64,000 nucleotides of DNA from Parcubacteria group bacterium (GTDB lineage: Bacteria; Patescibacteriota; Minisyncoccia; Phycocordibacterales; CSBR16-119). Each line of letters begins with the position of its first letter. Position 1 is the stretch's first letter. Shown one piece after another: positions 19,496 to 28,056 of the stretch. The DNA lies in assembly GCA_943356745.1 (NCBI GenBank), contig CALRFT010000004.1, positions 16,269-80,268 of the forward strand, given 5' to 3'. A program made the position numbers and the translations under genes. The notes beneath the pieces were generated by a model that saw nothing but the letters and a program-made list of their open reading frames with translations, had not been told where the DNA came from and ran no database searches.

Positions 19496-19816
19496 CTAAG
19501 TTTTTGGTTTGAAAAAATCTTGAACAACCTCATTGATAAAATCTTGAATAACATCTTTGTTTGCAATCTCTTCAAGTGAGGAGATTTGAACAATAAAAGA
19601 TTCAATGGTGTTTGTTGGAAGATTATTTGCGCTGTAACATTCTGGGTGAAAAACAAAACCCCCTTCTTGTTTTTTAAAACCCACAATGAAAATTCCAATA
19701 TTATACTTTTTCCATTTTTCACCAAAATCTTTACAGACAAGCAAATGATTGAGTCCCAGGCATTGTTCTTTTGGAACCATAATTTCAAAAATTGTTTTTT
19801 GTGTAGGTGTTACCAT
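19496..19816 (-). CDS. Hypothetical 106-aa protein.
   Basis: ORF convergent with xerC. No confident family assignment. Confidence 0.4.
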   Translation of the reverse strand: MVTPTQKTIFEIMVPKEQCLGLNHLLVCKDFGEKWKKYNIGIFIVGFKKQEGGFVFHPECYSANNLPTNTIESFIVQISSLEEIANKDVIQDFINEVVQDFFKPKT

Positions 19817-19883
19817 AGTAGAACTTTTTCTTATTTCTACTCTCCAGACAGGTTTTTGTCAATCAGATGCTATAATAGCTTCT

Positions 19884-20534
19884 ATGAATAATTATTCTTC
19901 ACATAAAGAATATTTTGAACAAACCTACAGATCAGGATCTGATATTTGGTCGCACAATAACTACACAAAACAGTTTCTTGATTTTGCTAAATATATTCCT
20001 CACAAAGGAACTGTTCTTGATTTAGGTTCAGGACGTGGACACATGTCATACATCTTGGCAGATCTTGGTATGAAAGTAATTGGACTTGATTATGTTCAAG
20101 AATTAACAGAAAAAAATAATCAGTTTGTAAAAGAACATGAATATACGGGTAGAGTTGCATTTAAAACTGGTGATATTTTAAATATTCTCTTTCAAGAAGA
20201 ATCATTTGACGCAGTTGTAGATATTGGAACTCTTCAACATATACACCCAACCGAGTGGCAAAAATATTCAGAAGAAATTTTTCGAGTATTGAAACCTGGA
20301 GGTTTTATTCTTTTAGTTGAACTTTCACGAAAAACAGAATCATTTTTATCTTTCAAACCAGTACAAGAAACAACAGGAAATTTTGAATATGAAGGTCTTT
20401 TGTACCACTTTTTTGAAAGAAAAGAAATTGAAGAGATGTTTTCTTTTGGTTTTTCTTTGATTAAAACTGAAATTCACACCTTTCCTGAAATAAACAACCA
20501 ATCCTATATTTTTAGTCTTCTCAAGAAAAAATAA
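19884..20534 (+). CDS. Class I SAM-dependent methyltransferase.
   Basis: Motif I (VLDLGSGRGHMS), post-I acidic residue (GLDY) and LKPGGFILLVE. The start is set to the internal ATG (MNNYSS) to avoid overlap with the convergent gene. Confidence 0.8.
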   Translation: MNNYSSHKEYFEQTYRSGSDIWSHNNYTKQFLDFAKYIPHKGTVLDLGSGRGHMSYILADLGMKVIGLDYVQELTEKNNQFVKEHEYTGRVAFKTGDILNILFQEESFDAVVDIGTLQHIHPTEWQKYSEEIFRVLKPGGFILLVELSRKTESFLSFKPVQETTGNFEYEGLLYHFFERKEIEEMFSFGFSLIKTEIHTFPEINNQSYIFSLLKKK

Positions 20535-20557
20535 AACACCACTGTGTGGTGTTTTAT

Positions 20558-21175
20558 TTATCGAAAGGTAATAAAAATATACATAATAATACCTGCAATA
20601 ATTGGAATATATAGATTATCTGGAATTTCTTTTCCTCGTATTTTAATACCAACCATTTCAATTATCATCGTGAGTGTTGTTACAACAAGAGCTGTTACAA
20701 AATCAACAAATATTGAACTTACCGCTGTGGCAACAATAATTCCAGCAAGTGTACCTTCGAGGGTTTTTGTATGACCCTCAATATTAAACTTGAGTTTCCC
20801 AAATCTCATTCCAAAATAACTTGCAAATCCATCTCCAAAAGCAAGAATGATAATACTTACAATAACAATAGATGGGTTGAATCCAAACAGTGTATAAGAG
20901 AGCATTACCCCTAACACAAAAGAAAGTCCTCCAATTCCGTGAGTATGATGACCAACCTCTCTTTCAACTAGTCCATGAGAAAGTTGTCCTATTTTTGTTT
21001 CAGAAAACCACTTCACAACAAAGTAGAAAATTAGGAATGGAACAAGAAGAATTGCCCCCATCCAAAAAATAGCGTCTATGTCTTTAAATATAAGAGCCGT
21101 TGCTATAAAAATAACTCCAGTAACTATATGAATTATTTTTCTTATAAGTTCTCTTTTGTATGGTGAAAGTATCAT
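20558..21175 (-). CDS. Polytopic membrane protein, CTP-transferase / dolichol-kinase-like (CdsA/DUF92-related).
   Basis: Six or more transmembrane helices. A GDGFASYFGMRFGK motif resembles the C-terminal signature of CdsA/SEC59-type enzymes. Confidence 0.4.
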   Translation of the reverse strand: MILSPYKRELIRKIIHIVTGVIFIATALIFKDIDAIFWMGAILLVPFLIFYFVVKWFSETKIGQLSHGLVEREVGHHTHGIGGLSFVLGVMLSYTLFGFNPSIVIVSIIILAFGDGFASYFGMRFGKLKFNIEGHTKTLEGTLAGIIVATAVSSIFVDFVTALVVTTLTMIIEMVGIKIRGKEIPDNLYIPIIAGIIMYIFITFR

Positions 21176-21214
21176 AACTTTATTATATCATTTTAAAAAT
21201 GATATACTCTGTGT

Positions 21215-22000
21215 ATGAAAATTTTTTCATGGAATGTAAATGGAATACGAGCGATAGAAAAAAAGGGATTCAATGATATTATCCTCAAAGAAAAACCTGA
21301 TATTTTTTGTCTCCAAGAAACAAAGGCTTTTTTGGATCAACTCCCTGTTTCTATCAAAAAACTTCCCTATCATACAGTATGGCACGATGGAGCTCGGCCT
21401 GGATATTCAGGAACTGCAATCTTTTCAAAACAAGAACCAGATACAACACAAACAAATTTCGAAAAATACCCCAAATTTCATGAAGACGGACGCGTTACAG
21501 AAGCTGTTTTTGGAGACATAACACTTCTCAACATTTATTTTCCAAATGGTGGAGAGCGAGCAAGTGGGCAAGAAATGCTCACATACAAAATGGAATTCTA
21601 TTCGGAATTACTTGAATATATCAAAAATTTAAAGAAAAAAGGTAGAAAAAAAATACTTATTGTTGGAGATTTTAATATAGCCCACACTGAAATCGATATC
21701 GCAAGACCAAAAGAAAATGAAGAAACGATTGGTTTTACAAAAGGTGAACGAGATAAGTTTTCAGAACTTCTTAAAAAAGGTGGACTTGTTGATATTTTTA
21801 GACACAAAAATGGAAATAAGAAAGATGAATATACTTGGTGGAGTTATCGGGCAATCGGCGCACGAGAGCGGAATGTTGGTTGGAGAATTGATTATGCAGT
21901 ATGTACAGAAGAACTTCTTCCGCAAGTTCAATCAATTAAACATAGAAAAGATATTGAAGGATCTGATCATTGTCCAGTAATTGTAACTCTTAAAAAATAA
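21215..22000 (+). CDS. xth: Exodeoxyribonuclease III / AP endonuclease.
   Basis: MKIFSWNVNGIRA, QETK, VGDFNIAHTEIDI and SDHCPV motifs. Confidence 0.9.
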   Translation: MKIFSWNVNGIRAIEKKGFNDIILKEKPDIFCLQETKAFLDQLPVSIKKLPYHTVWHDGARPGYSGTAIFSKQEPDTTQTNFEKYPKFHEDGRVTEAVFGDITLLNIYFPNGGERASGQEMLTYKMEFYSELLEYIKNLKKKGRKKILIVGDFNIAHTEIDIARPKENEETIGFTKGERDKFSELLKKGGLVDIFRHKNGNKKDEYTWWSYRAIGARERNVGWRIDYAVCTEELLPQVQSIKHRKDIEGSDHCPVIVTLKK

Positions 22001-22030
22001 AAACACCCTTTTGGGGTGTTTTTATTTTTT
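22001..22030 (+). terminator. Terminator hairpin ACACCCTTTTGGGGTGTT plus T-run. The same hairpin recurs at 26722-26738.
   Basis: Inverted repeat followed by T7. Confidence 0.7.
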
Positions 22031-23423
22031 AAGAGAGAATTTGTCCAACTTGGATTAATATTGCTCTATCGTTTAATTCTTTATCTTTCAGTGTTGGATT
22101 CAAAGAAGTATTGTTTTCAAGTTTTTGCTTTCTTTTTTGATATTCAACATCAAACATAGATTCAATTTCTTCCAAAGTTAACATTTTATAGTTTTGTTTT
22201 GCGTCATCTAAAACAAAGAAATATACGGAAATATCTTCTTTAGACTTTATTTCTTCGAGTTTTCTTTTAGTAATTCCTTGAAGTGATTCATCTGTCATAA
22301 CAACAATTGCGTGTTTTTTACCGCCCTCGAGGGTTCCACTCATTTTAATTGCAGCATCGAGGCCGAATTCTTCCGTTTGTTTAATCAACTTATTAGTAGA
22401 AACCTCAACAGCTTTTTGATCTCTATAATCAACAAGTTCTCCAACGTCTCGAGAAAATGGAGCATATAGCACAGGAGTTTCTGAAGTACTCTCAGAAATT
22501 GTTTTTCTAAGAAGTTCTTGTGAGTTGCTCATTGAGGGACTATTATCTACTAAAAGAGAAACATCATCATATTGATTTAAGAGCTTAAGAATCAAAGTAA
22601 ATCTATCTTCATATGAATTTTTTTGTTCTTTAACTTCAAGATTTCTCAAACCTTCAACTTCTATTTTTACCCATCTTGCCTTTTGTTTGAGATCTTCTCG
22701 TTCCTGTGGATTCATCAATGAAAGTTCTTCTTGTGTATAAAACACACCAGTTTCTTGGTTAACTATCTTTGTAAGTGGTGTAACACCTTTTTCATATCCA
22801 CCATATTCTGGAATATTATAAACAATATCAATATTTTTTATTTTTTGGATATCTTCTGCAGAAAAACCATGAGAAGAGAAGTCAAAATCCTCAAGAGATT
22901 CTTCTATAAGCTTTTCTCCTTGCTCTGCTCGAAGTTGTGCAAGTTCTGCATTTCCACCCTCATAGGCATTTGTTCTATCCTCATCACAAGATGAATATAC
23001 AACAACAGGGTGTTCAACAAAAGAATTAATTGTTTCTGGGGTTAATTTAGACCAAAACTTTTGAAGTTCCATTTCTAAAATTTGAGCACTTTCTGGTTTC
23101 ACCAAAGAGCTATCTGTTTCAAAAGCATTACTTATATTCAAAGTAAATTCTCTCTCAGAATCTTGTTGAAAAACCTCGAAAGAAGCAGTTTTCCCTTTTT
23201 CCTCCACCTGTTCTTGATAGGTTTGTGTTTTTTCTGGGTTTTTTGTGTCGATAGGAGAAACATCATTTGAGGCTTGAGACTCCAAAGAAGAAAGAGAAAG
23301 AGCTCCAGCAACGAGTCCAGTTTTGACACCTTTAGGGATTGAACGCATTTTTTCCAAAACTGTTTTTTCTTCTTTTGGTTCTACAGTTTGTTTTTTTGAA
23401 AAATTAAATGATTCAAATTTCAT
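22029..23423 (-). CDS. Hypothetical membrane-anchored/secreted 464-aa protein, possibly with a vWA-like C-domain.
   Basis: N-terminal hydrophobic anchor (TGLVAGALSLSSL). The C-terminal motif AIVVMTDESLQG resembles a vWA beta-strand/MIDAS neighbourhood. Assignment is weak. Confidence 0.5.
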   Translation of the reverse strand: MKFESFNFSKKQTVEPKEEKTVLEKMRSIPKGVKTGLVAGALSLSSLESQASNDVSPIDTKNPEKTQTYQEQVEEKGKTASFEVFQQDSEREFTLNISNAFETDSSLVKPESAQILEMELQKFWSKLTPETINSFVEHPVVVYSSCDEDRTNAYEGGNAELAQLRAEQGEKLIEESLEDFDFSSHGFSAEDIQKIKNIDIVYNIPEYGGYEKGVTPLTKIVNQETGVFYTQEELSLMNPQEREDLKQKARWVKIEVEGLRNLEVKEQKNSYEDRFTLILKLLNQYDDVSLLVDNSPSMSNSQELLRKTISESTSETPVLYAPFSRDVGELVDYRDQKAVEVSTNKLIKQTEEFGLDAAIKMSGTLEGGKKHAIVVMTDESLQGITKRKLEEIKSKEDISVYFFVLDDAKQNYKMLTLEEIESMFDVEYQKRKQKLENNTSLNPTLKDKELNDRAILIQVGQILS

Positions 23424-23522
23424 AATTACATTATATAAGTTTATGTATAAAAAGATAGGTAAAGGTTTACATATAAATTTATTTTGTTACACTGCAAAAA
23501 GAAATCAATAAATTTTGAAACC

Positions 23523-23621
23523 ATGACAGGCTTTATTATTGGAATTATGTTCTTTACACTCCTTGTATTTTGGGGAGTTGGAAGTTTTATTACACGAAAT
23601 TCTTCTATTTCAGAGATCTAA
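23523..23621 (+). CDS. 32-aa hydrophobic single-helix peptide (MTGFIIGIMFFTLLVFWGVGSFITRNSSISEI). Not in the ORF track.
   Basis: ATG ORF preceded by a promoter-like TTTACA-16-TACACT. It is followed directly by the terminator AAAAAACGCACCGTTTGGTGCGTTTTTTT (23626-23655). Confidence 0.4.
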   Translation: MTGFIIGIMFFTLLVFWGVGSFITRNSSISEI

Positions 23622-23706
23622 CCAAAAAACGCACCGTTTGGTGCGTTTTTTTAATAAAATTGACTTTATATAAAAATTATGTTATTTTATAAAAAAATAA
23701 AGTACC

Positions 23707-24201
23707 ATGAAAAAAATAGTATTACAAACAATTTCTATGCAAGCAATAATTGCTATTATTATGGGTATAGTATTCTCTTCACAATGTGTCCAGTTGATAT
23801 TAATAGAGGATTCTTATCTTCTTGAAATAGAAACTGCACTAACAAGCAGAGGATCTTATCTCTTGCCACATCTTCCCCTTTTATGCGGAGTATTTACTGT
23901 TTTCTTTCCTCCATTTATTATCGCTATTATTATTTTGATAATCGACTTGGGACTAAAAACTAACACTATCGTTAAATTAGGTATTATGTTGTATATCACA
24001 ACAACATATATATCCTCTGTGGTAATAACACTTGGTATTCTCAGTATTATTACGGACGAGAAATTAGTACTGCCGGTGGCGTACCCACTATTTATAATGG
24101 TATATAGTAGCAAGTTATTGTTTTTTCAAAAACACCTCAAGTCTGAGGTGTTTTCTTTTTACTCACTCTTCCCTACTTGTTTTACTTTATACTGCTTTTG
24201 A
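23707..24201 (+). CDS. Hypothetical polytopic membrane protein (164 aa).
   Basis: ORF with four or more hydrophobic helices. It overlaps the 3' end of the convergent cca gene by about 43 nt. Low confidence. Confidence 0.3.
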   Translation: MKKIVLQTISMQAIIAIIMGIVFSSQCVQLILIEDSYLLEIETALTSRGSYLLPHLPLLCGVFTVFFPPFIIAIIILIIDLGLKTNTIVKLGIMLYITTTYISSVVITLGILSIITDEKLVLPVAYPLFIMVYSSKLLFFQKHLKSEVFSFYSLFPTCFTLYCF

Positions 24202-25643
24202 ATTTCTTTCACCTCTGCCTCATCGGCGTCTTCAGCTTCTTTTTTTGCTTTTTGACCAAGTTCTCGAAGATCTTGATCAGATAGAAGTTGTAGACTCAAA
24301 GCTCTCCCTTCGAGATATTCCTCACTGTTTCTTTCTGGTTTATCCAAAACTTCCTCCAGAAGAATGTGGAGAATATTTCCAATTCTTGGTCCTGGATTTT
24401 CACCCATTTCCATAAGCTTTTTCCCATCAACCTTAAGCATTCCTACTGATATTGGGTCTCTGGTTATTTCTTCAATCATTGACTCAAATTTTCTAAGGCG
24501 ATACGGCTCCGCACTTGGTCGCCCCATTCCCTTTCGGTCTGACATTCGAAGAGTTACCAAATCCCAAAGCATTGGTTCTCCAACCTTTGCAAGAAGTCTT
24601 CGTACAGCAGAAAGACTGATTTGGTCTGGATCCGCAAAAAACATATGATGACGAACAAGTGAAACAATTTTCTGGCCACTCTCTTTTGAAAATTTAAGTC
24701 GTTTCATAATTTCCAAAGTCATTTTTGCACCAACAACTTCGTGTCCATAGAAAGTATAGTCTTGTTTTTCTCGACTCCACTGCCTTGTTCTTGGTTTTCC
24801 AATATCATGAAAAAGTGCTGCAATTCTGAGTTCAAGTGAATGATTTTCTTCCACAGCATGAGAAAGAGCACGTAAAAGATGTTCATATACATCATAAATA
24901 TGACTTCCGTTTTGTTTACAACCAATTCCCTCTTCAAGTTCTGGAATAATATAAGCAAGCAAGCCTGTCTTCTGAAGAAGATTTATTCCCTGCACAGCGC
25001 CGGGCGACATAATAATTTTTAGAAATTCATCATGAATTCTTTCCCAAGAAATATTTTTTATAAGTTCTTTGTTTTCAACAATAGCTTCAAATGTTTCACT
25101 TCCAATAACAAAACCAAGTTGAGCCGCAAAACGAATAGCTCGCATCATCCGAAGAGCATCTTCTTGAAAACGTTTTTCAGCCTCCCCTACTGCTTTGATT
25201 ATTTTATTATTCAAATCTCTTTCTCCATCATAAAAATCAAGAAGTTCTCGTGTTGTAGGACTGTAGGCCATGGCATTTATTGTAAAGTCTCGGCGAGTTA
25301 GGTCATCTTCTATATTTTGACTAAAGACAACCTCATCTGGGTGTCTATTGTCTGAATACTTTGATTCAATGCGAAACGGAGTTATTTCGATAACTTTCAA
25401 TGTTTCATCAAGAGATTCTGTTTTTACACCAACAGTTCCAAAGGTGTTTTCATAGAAAGAATCAGGAAAAATAGCCTGAATATCTTCAGGTTTTGCGTTT
25501 GTAGTAACATCCCAATCTTTTGGGATTTTTTCAAGTAAGATATCTCGAAGAGATCCTCCAACAACATAAGCCTCAAACCCCCTTTCCTCTAGCTTTTCTA
25601 TAATTTCCAAAACTTCATTTGGAATAGTAAAATTGTTTCTCAT
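24159..25643 (-). CDS. cca: CCA-adding tRNA nucleotidyltransferase with a C-terminal HD domain.
   Basis: Pol-beta NTase motif (VVGGSLRDILLEKIPKDWDV), RxxRxxRF head motif and HD motif (ALFHDIGK). The start is assigned to the ATG (MRNNFTIP) at about 25643, because the ORF-track extension would overlap tRNA-Gly. Confidence 0.85.
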   Translation of the reverse strand: MRNNFTIPNEVLEIIEKLEERGFEAYVVGGSLRDILLEKIPKDWDVTTNAKPEDIQAIFPDSFYENTFGTVGVKTESLDETLKVIEITPFRIESKYSDNRHPDEVVFSQNIEDDLTRRDFTINAMAYSPTTRELLDFYDGERDLNNKIIKAVGEAEKRFQEDALRMMRAIRFAAQLGFVIGSETFEAIVENKELIKNISWERIHDEFLKIIMSPGAVQGINLLQKTGLLAYIIPELEEGIGCKQNGSHIYDVYEHLLRALSHAVEENHSLELRIAALFHDIGKPRTRQWSREKQDYTFYGHEVVGAKMTLEIMKRLKFSKESGQKIVSLVRHHMFFADPDQISLSAVRRLLAKVGEPMLWDLVTLRMSDRKGMGRPSAEPYRLRKFESMIEEITRDPISVGMLKVDGKKLMEMGENPGPRIGNILHILLEEVLDKPERNSEEYLEGRALSLQLLSDQDLRELGQKAKKEAEDADEAEVKEIQKQYKVKQVGKSE

Positions 25644-25653
25644 GAAACGTATG

Positions 25654-25724
25654 TGCGGATAGGGAGAATCGAACTCCCGACTCATCCTTGGCAAGGACGT
25701 ATTTTACCACTAAACCATATCCGC
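25654..25724 (-). tRNA. tRNA-Gly (anticodon GCC).
   Basis: Hand-folded cloverleaf. Acceptor GCGGATA/TATCCGC, anticodon stem CGTCC/GGATG, loop TTGCCAA, T-arm GGGAGTTCGATTCTCCC. Confidence 0.85.
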
Positions 25725-25839
25725 AGGTTATATTTATAATACTTTGAGAATTATATATGAATATAAGAAAAATTCCAGACCTTCCTTCTTTACATTAATA
25801 AGGAAACATGTATAATTTGGAAGTCTTTAAAAGGCATAT

Positions 25840-25911
25840 GCACTTGTGGTGAAATGGATATCACAGCGGTCTTCGGAACCGTCGTTCCAGGTTCGAGTCC
25901 TGGCAGGTGCA
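25840..25911 (+). tRNA. tRNA-Arg (anticodon TCG as folded).
   Basis: Acceptor GCACTTG/CAGGTGC, D-stem GTGA/TCAC, anticodon stem GCGGT/ACCGT with loop CTTCGGA, T-arm CCAGGTTCGAGTCCTGG. No encoded CCA. Confidence 0.8.
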
Positions 25912-25920
25912 CAAATAAAT

Positions 25921-25955
25921 AAAAAGTCTTGTATTAATACAAGACTTTTTATTTT
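25921..25955. terminator. Bidirectional terminator AAAAAGTCTTGTATTAATACAAGACTTTTTATTTT downstream of tRNA-Arg.
   Basis: 10-bp stem with A-run and T-run flanks. Confidence 0.7.
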
Positions 25956-25969
25956 GTTTTGATGATCTA

Positions 25970-26160
25970 AAAAATGTCCTTTATAAAAGACATTTGTGTC
26001 TTTTATAAAGGACATTTTGTATTTTAATTATTTTAAATAACCAAAGTAAGACTTTTAAATTATTCATAGTTATCCACTTTTCCCCCATATTTATACACAT
26101 ATCAAATCCACACTGTGGAAAACTATGTGGGAAAAGTGGATAACAGACATTTTGTCTTTA
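25970..26160. repeat. Cluster of nested palindromes. Two tandem copies of the 18-bp palindrome TGTCYTTTATAAARGACA lie at 25974-26013. Inverted DnaA-box-like arms GTTATCCACTTTTCCC / GGGAAAAGTGGATAAC (26069-26144) enclose an inner palindrome TCCACACTGTGGA.
   Basis: Direct inspection of reverse complements. Confidence 0.6.
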
Positions 26161-26294
26161 TAAAATAAGGCTTTTATATTAAAATTTTTCAATATGTTTC
26201 ACATGAAACATGTGTTACATGTGAAAAAGTATATAAAATAAAGCTTTTTTGTTTCACCTGAAACAATTTATATTTTAGATATATAATTAAACAT

Positions 26295-26675
26295 ATGCCA
26301 AAAGTATTTACATCTAAATCCCAACAAATAGGGGAGCTTGGTGAAACTATTGCGGTACAATATCTTGAAAAGAAAGGATATAAAATAATCGAGAAAAACT
26401 TTACAACAAGACTAGGAGAAATAGATATTATTGCTTTTTCACATGAAACACTATGTTTTATAGAAGTTAAAGCTGTTACACGTGAAAAAATGGATAAGTA
26501 TGACTGGAAACCTCATCAAAACTTTCATCAGCAAAAACTCCATAAAATGATTAAAACTGTCCAATATTATCTCTCAAAACACAGAAGAGTAGGGGAATCA
26601 AAACTTTTACTTGCTACAGTGATTATTGATCAAGAAAAAAGAATAGGGAAGGTTTCACTTGAAACAATATACTAA
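26295..26675 (+). CDS. yraN: YraN-family (UPF0102) endonuclease-like protein.
   Basis: GELGETIAVQYLEKKGYKIIEKNF...GEIDIIAF...CFIEVKA is the family signature. Confidence 0.8.
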   Translation: MPKVFTSKSQQIGELGETIAVQYLEKKGYKIIEKNFTTRLGEIDIIAFSHETLCFIEVKAVTREKMDKYDWKPHQNFHQQKLHKMIKTVQYYLSKHRRVGESKLLLATVIIDQEKRIGKVSLETIY

Positions 26676-26746
26676 AAACAATGATTTTTGGTTTGTATTG
26701 TTCCACATGAAACAAAAAAAAACACCCTTTTGGGGTGATTTTTTAA

Positions 26747-27097
26747 TTAACAACTTGGTAAGAAAACTATTTCCTGGGTTGTTAGGTAAATAACCTTATT
26801 TTTCAACAACCAATGATATTCCTCTCCTGTAGCCTTTCTGTGGGCAATCTCTCTTCTTGTGTAAAGTCCTGTAAGATAGTGAAATTTTTGTTTTTCAGTA
26901 GAAGTTAACACAAATTCATGATCTATAAGAAAACAAGGATGGAGATTTTGTTTACAATGATCCCAAAATATCTTTTTGTATACAAAAAGTCGATATCGAC
27001 TTCTCATAAACATACGAATCCAATCCAGACGTGAAAAGTGCCTTTCTTTAGGGCTTCCAAACAAATAAATCCGTAGTTTGTATATTTTTTGTTTCAT
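26747..27097 (-). CDS. Hypothetical 116-aa basic protein, flanked by about 20-bp inverted copies of TTCCACATGAAACAAAAAA.
   Basis: The ORF start codon is embedded in the palindromic repeat. No family recognised (no HuH, GIY-YIG or HNH motif). Confidence 0.45.
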   Translation of the reverse strand: MKQKIYKLRIYLFGSPKERHFSRLDWIRMFMRSRYRLFVYKKIFWDHCKQNLHPCFLIDHEFVLTSTEKQKFHYLTGLYTRREIAHRKATGEEYHWLLKNKVIYLTTQEIVFLPSC

Positions 27098-27128
27098 GTG
27101 GAACGTTTTTCTTGATTATATAGATTTT

Positions 27129-27338
27129 TTAAATCAAAACAACATGTTTCACCTGAAACATAACAAAAGGCGAGTATTCAGTTTTTTCTGAATCTCGCCT
27201 GTTTTTTCCACGGGAACCCTTATGGAATTTCTTTTTATCTCTCATTGTTTTTTCACAAGGAAGTTTACCTTGGAATACTTCTCGTGAAATGTGTCGGACT
27301 TTTTTCCCAACATCAAATGATTTTTTCTTGTGTTTCAT
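27129..27338 (-). CDS. Hypothetical small, very basic protein (about 69 aa from MKHKKK).
   Basis: The ORF start sits inside a copy of the palindromic repeat. Lys/Arg-rich. Low confidence. Confidence 0.3.
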   Translation of the reverse strand: MKHKKKSFDVGKKVRHISREVFQGKLPCEKTMRDKKKFHKGSRGKNRRDSEKTEYSPFVMFQVKHVVLI

Positions 27339-27455
27339 ATGTAACAAATTTAATCATACAATACATACATAATTTAATTATGTCAAATAGTATAATTTGT
27401 TACTTTCTTTTTTCTGTAGATTATGTATAATTTTCCTCGTTACCGAAATACATTA

Positions 27456-27526
27456 CGGGGTGTAGCATAATGGTAGTGTACACGGTTTGGGACCGTGTGG
27501 CCTGGGTTCGATTCCCAGCTCCCCGA
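27456..27526 (+). tRNA. tRNA-Pro (anticodon TGG).
   Basis: Anticodon stem CACGG/CCGTG, loop TTTGGGA, T-arm CTGGGTTCGATTCCCAG. The acceptor has one mismatch. Confidence 0.85.
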
Positions 27527-27595
27527 CAAGAAGAGAAGTTTACAAAATATATTATTTTTGATAGACTTTTCTTTGTAAAAATTAAATACACCAAT

Positions 27596-27666
27596 GCGGG
27601 TGTAGTTTAGTGGTAGAATACCTGCCTTCCAAGCAGGGGACGAGAGTTCGATTCTCTCCACCCGCA
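27596..27666 (+). tRNA. tRNA-Gly (anticodon TCC).
   Basis: Acceptor GCGGGTG/CACCCGC, anticodon stem CCTGC/GCAGG, loop CTTCCAA, T-arm GAGAGTTCGATTCTCTC. Confidence 0.85.
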
Positions 27667-27674
27667 CAAATTAA

Positions 27675-27705
27675 GAAAACCCTCCAAAAGGAGGGTTTTC
27701 TTAAT
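27675..27705 (+). terminator. Terminator AAGAAAACCCTCCAAAAGGAGGGTTTTCTT after the tRNA pair. A second bidirectional hairpin lies at 27723-27750.
   Basis: Perfect inverted repeats with T-runs. Confidence 0.7.
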
Positions 27706-27783
27706 TATTCATTATAGTAAAACAAAAACCGCTTCACAGCGGTTTTTTGTCATTTACTTTGAAATAGTATTTCAAACTATTTA

Positions 27784-28056
27784 TTATTTAACGAGATCCT
27801 TAAGTGTTTTAGACACTTGGAATTTAACTACTCGTGTTGCTGGAACCTTTACAGTTGCACCAGTCTTTGGGTTTCGAGCTTCTCGTGCTGCTCGCATCTT
27901 TGATTTAAAGATTCCGAATCCTGAAATAGATACATCATCTCCTTTTTTAAGAGACATAGAAATTGAATCGAAGATTCCATTTACTACTTGTTCTGCTTGT
28001 GATTTTGTACCACCTAGCATGTCTTGTACCTTTTCAATAAGAGTTGCTTTATTCAT
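27784..28056 (-). CDS. hup: DNA-binding protein HU.
   Basis: MNKATLIEKV...GFGIFKSKMRAAREARNPKTGATVKVPATRVVKFQVSKTLKDLV is a canonical HU. Confidence 0.9.
   Translation of the reverse strand: MNKATLIEKVQDMLGGTKSQAEQVVNGIFDSISMSLKKGDDVSISGFGIFKSKMRAAREARNPKTGATVKVPATRVVKFQVSKTLKDLVK

Larger units (their letters stand above)
26195..27347. repeat. Dispersed family of a 14-16 bp palindrome GTTTCAC-N-TGAAAC (variants TTCCACATGAAAC, TTTCATATGTAAC). At least 8 copies lie in 1.2 kb, at about 26195, 26251, 26437, 26651, 26700, 27089, 27146 and 27331.
   Basis: Several copies place ATG AAA CA as the start of an ORF (MKQKIY, MKHKKK and a 12-codon mini-ORF at 26203). Copies occur in spacers and inside yraN. 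Confidence 0.6.

Noticed and set aside
20544-20774. ORF 20544..20774(+), 76 aa, and 20890..21072(+)
   Set aside because: Antisense within the multi-TM CdsA-like gene. The hydrophobic composition is a mirror artefact.
25827-26015. ORF 25827..26015(-), 62 aa
   Set aside because: It is antisense to tRNA-Arg and the following terminator/palindromes. The protein (ICAPARTRTWNDGSEDRCDIHF) is simply the reverse translation of the tRNA.
26747-27097. Transposase (IS200/IS605 TnpA, RAYT) identity for the IR-flanked 116-aa protein
   Set aside because: There is no His-hydrophobic-His motif, no GIY-YIG or HNH pattern and no catalytic Tyr in the expected context. The inverted repeats are copies of the dispersed palindrome family rather than unique IS ends.
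27440-27667. ORF 27440..27667(-), 75 aa
   Set aside because: It is antisense across tRNA-Pro and tRNA-Gly. The conserved T-arm sequences create the open frame.
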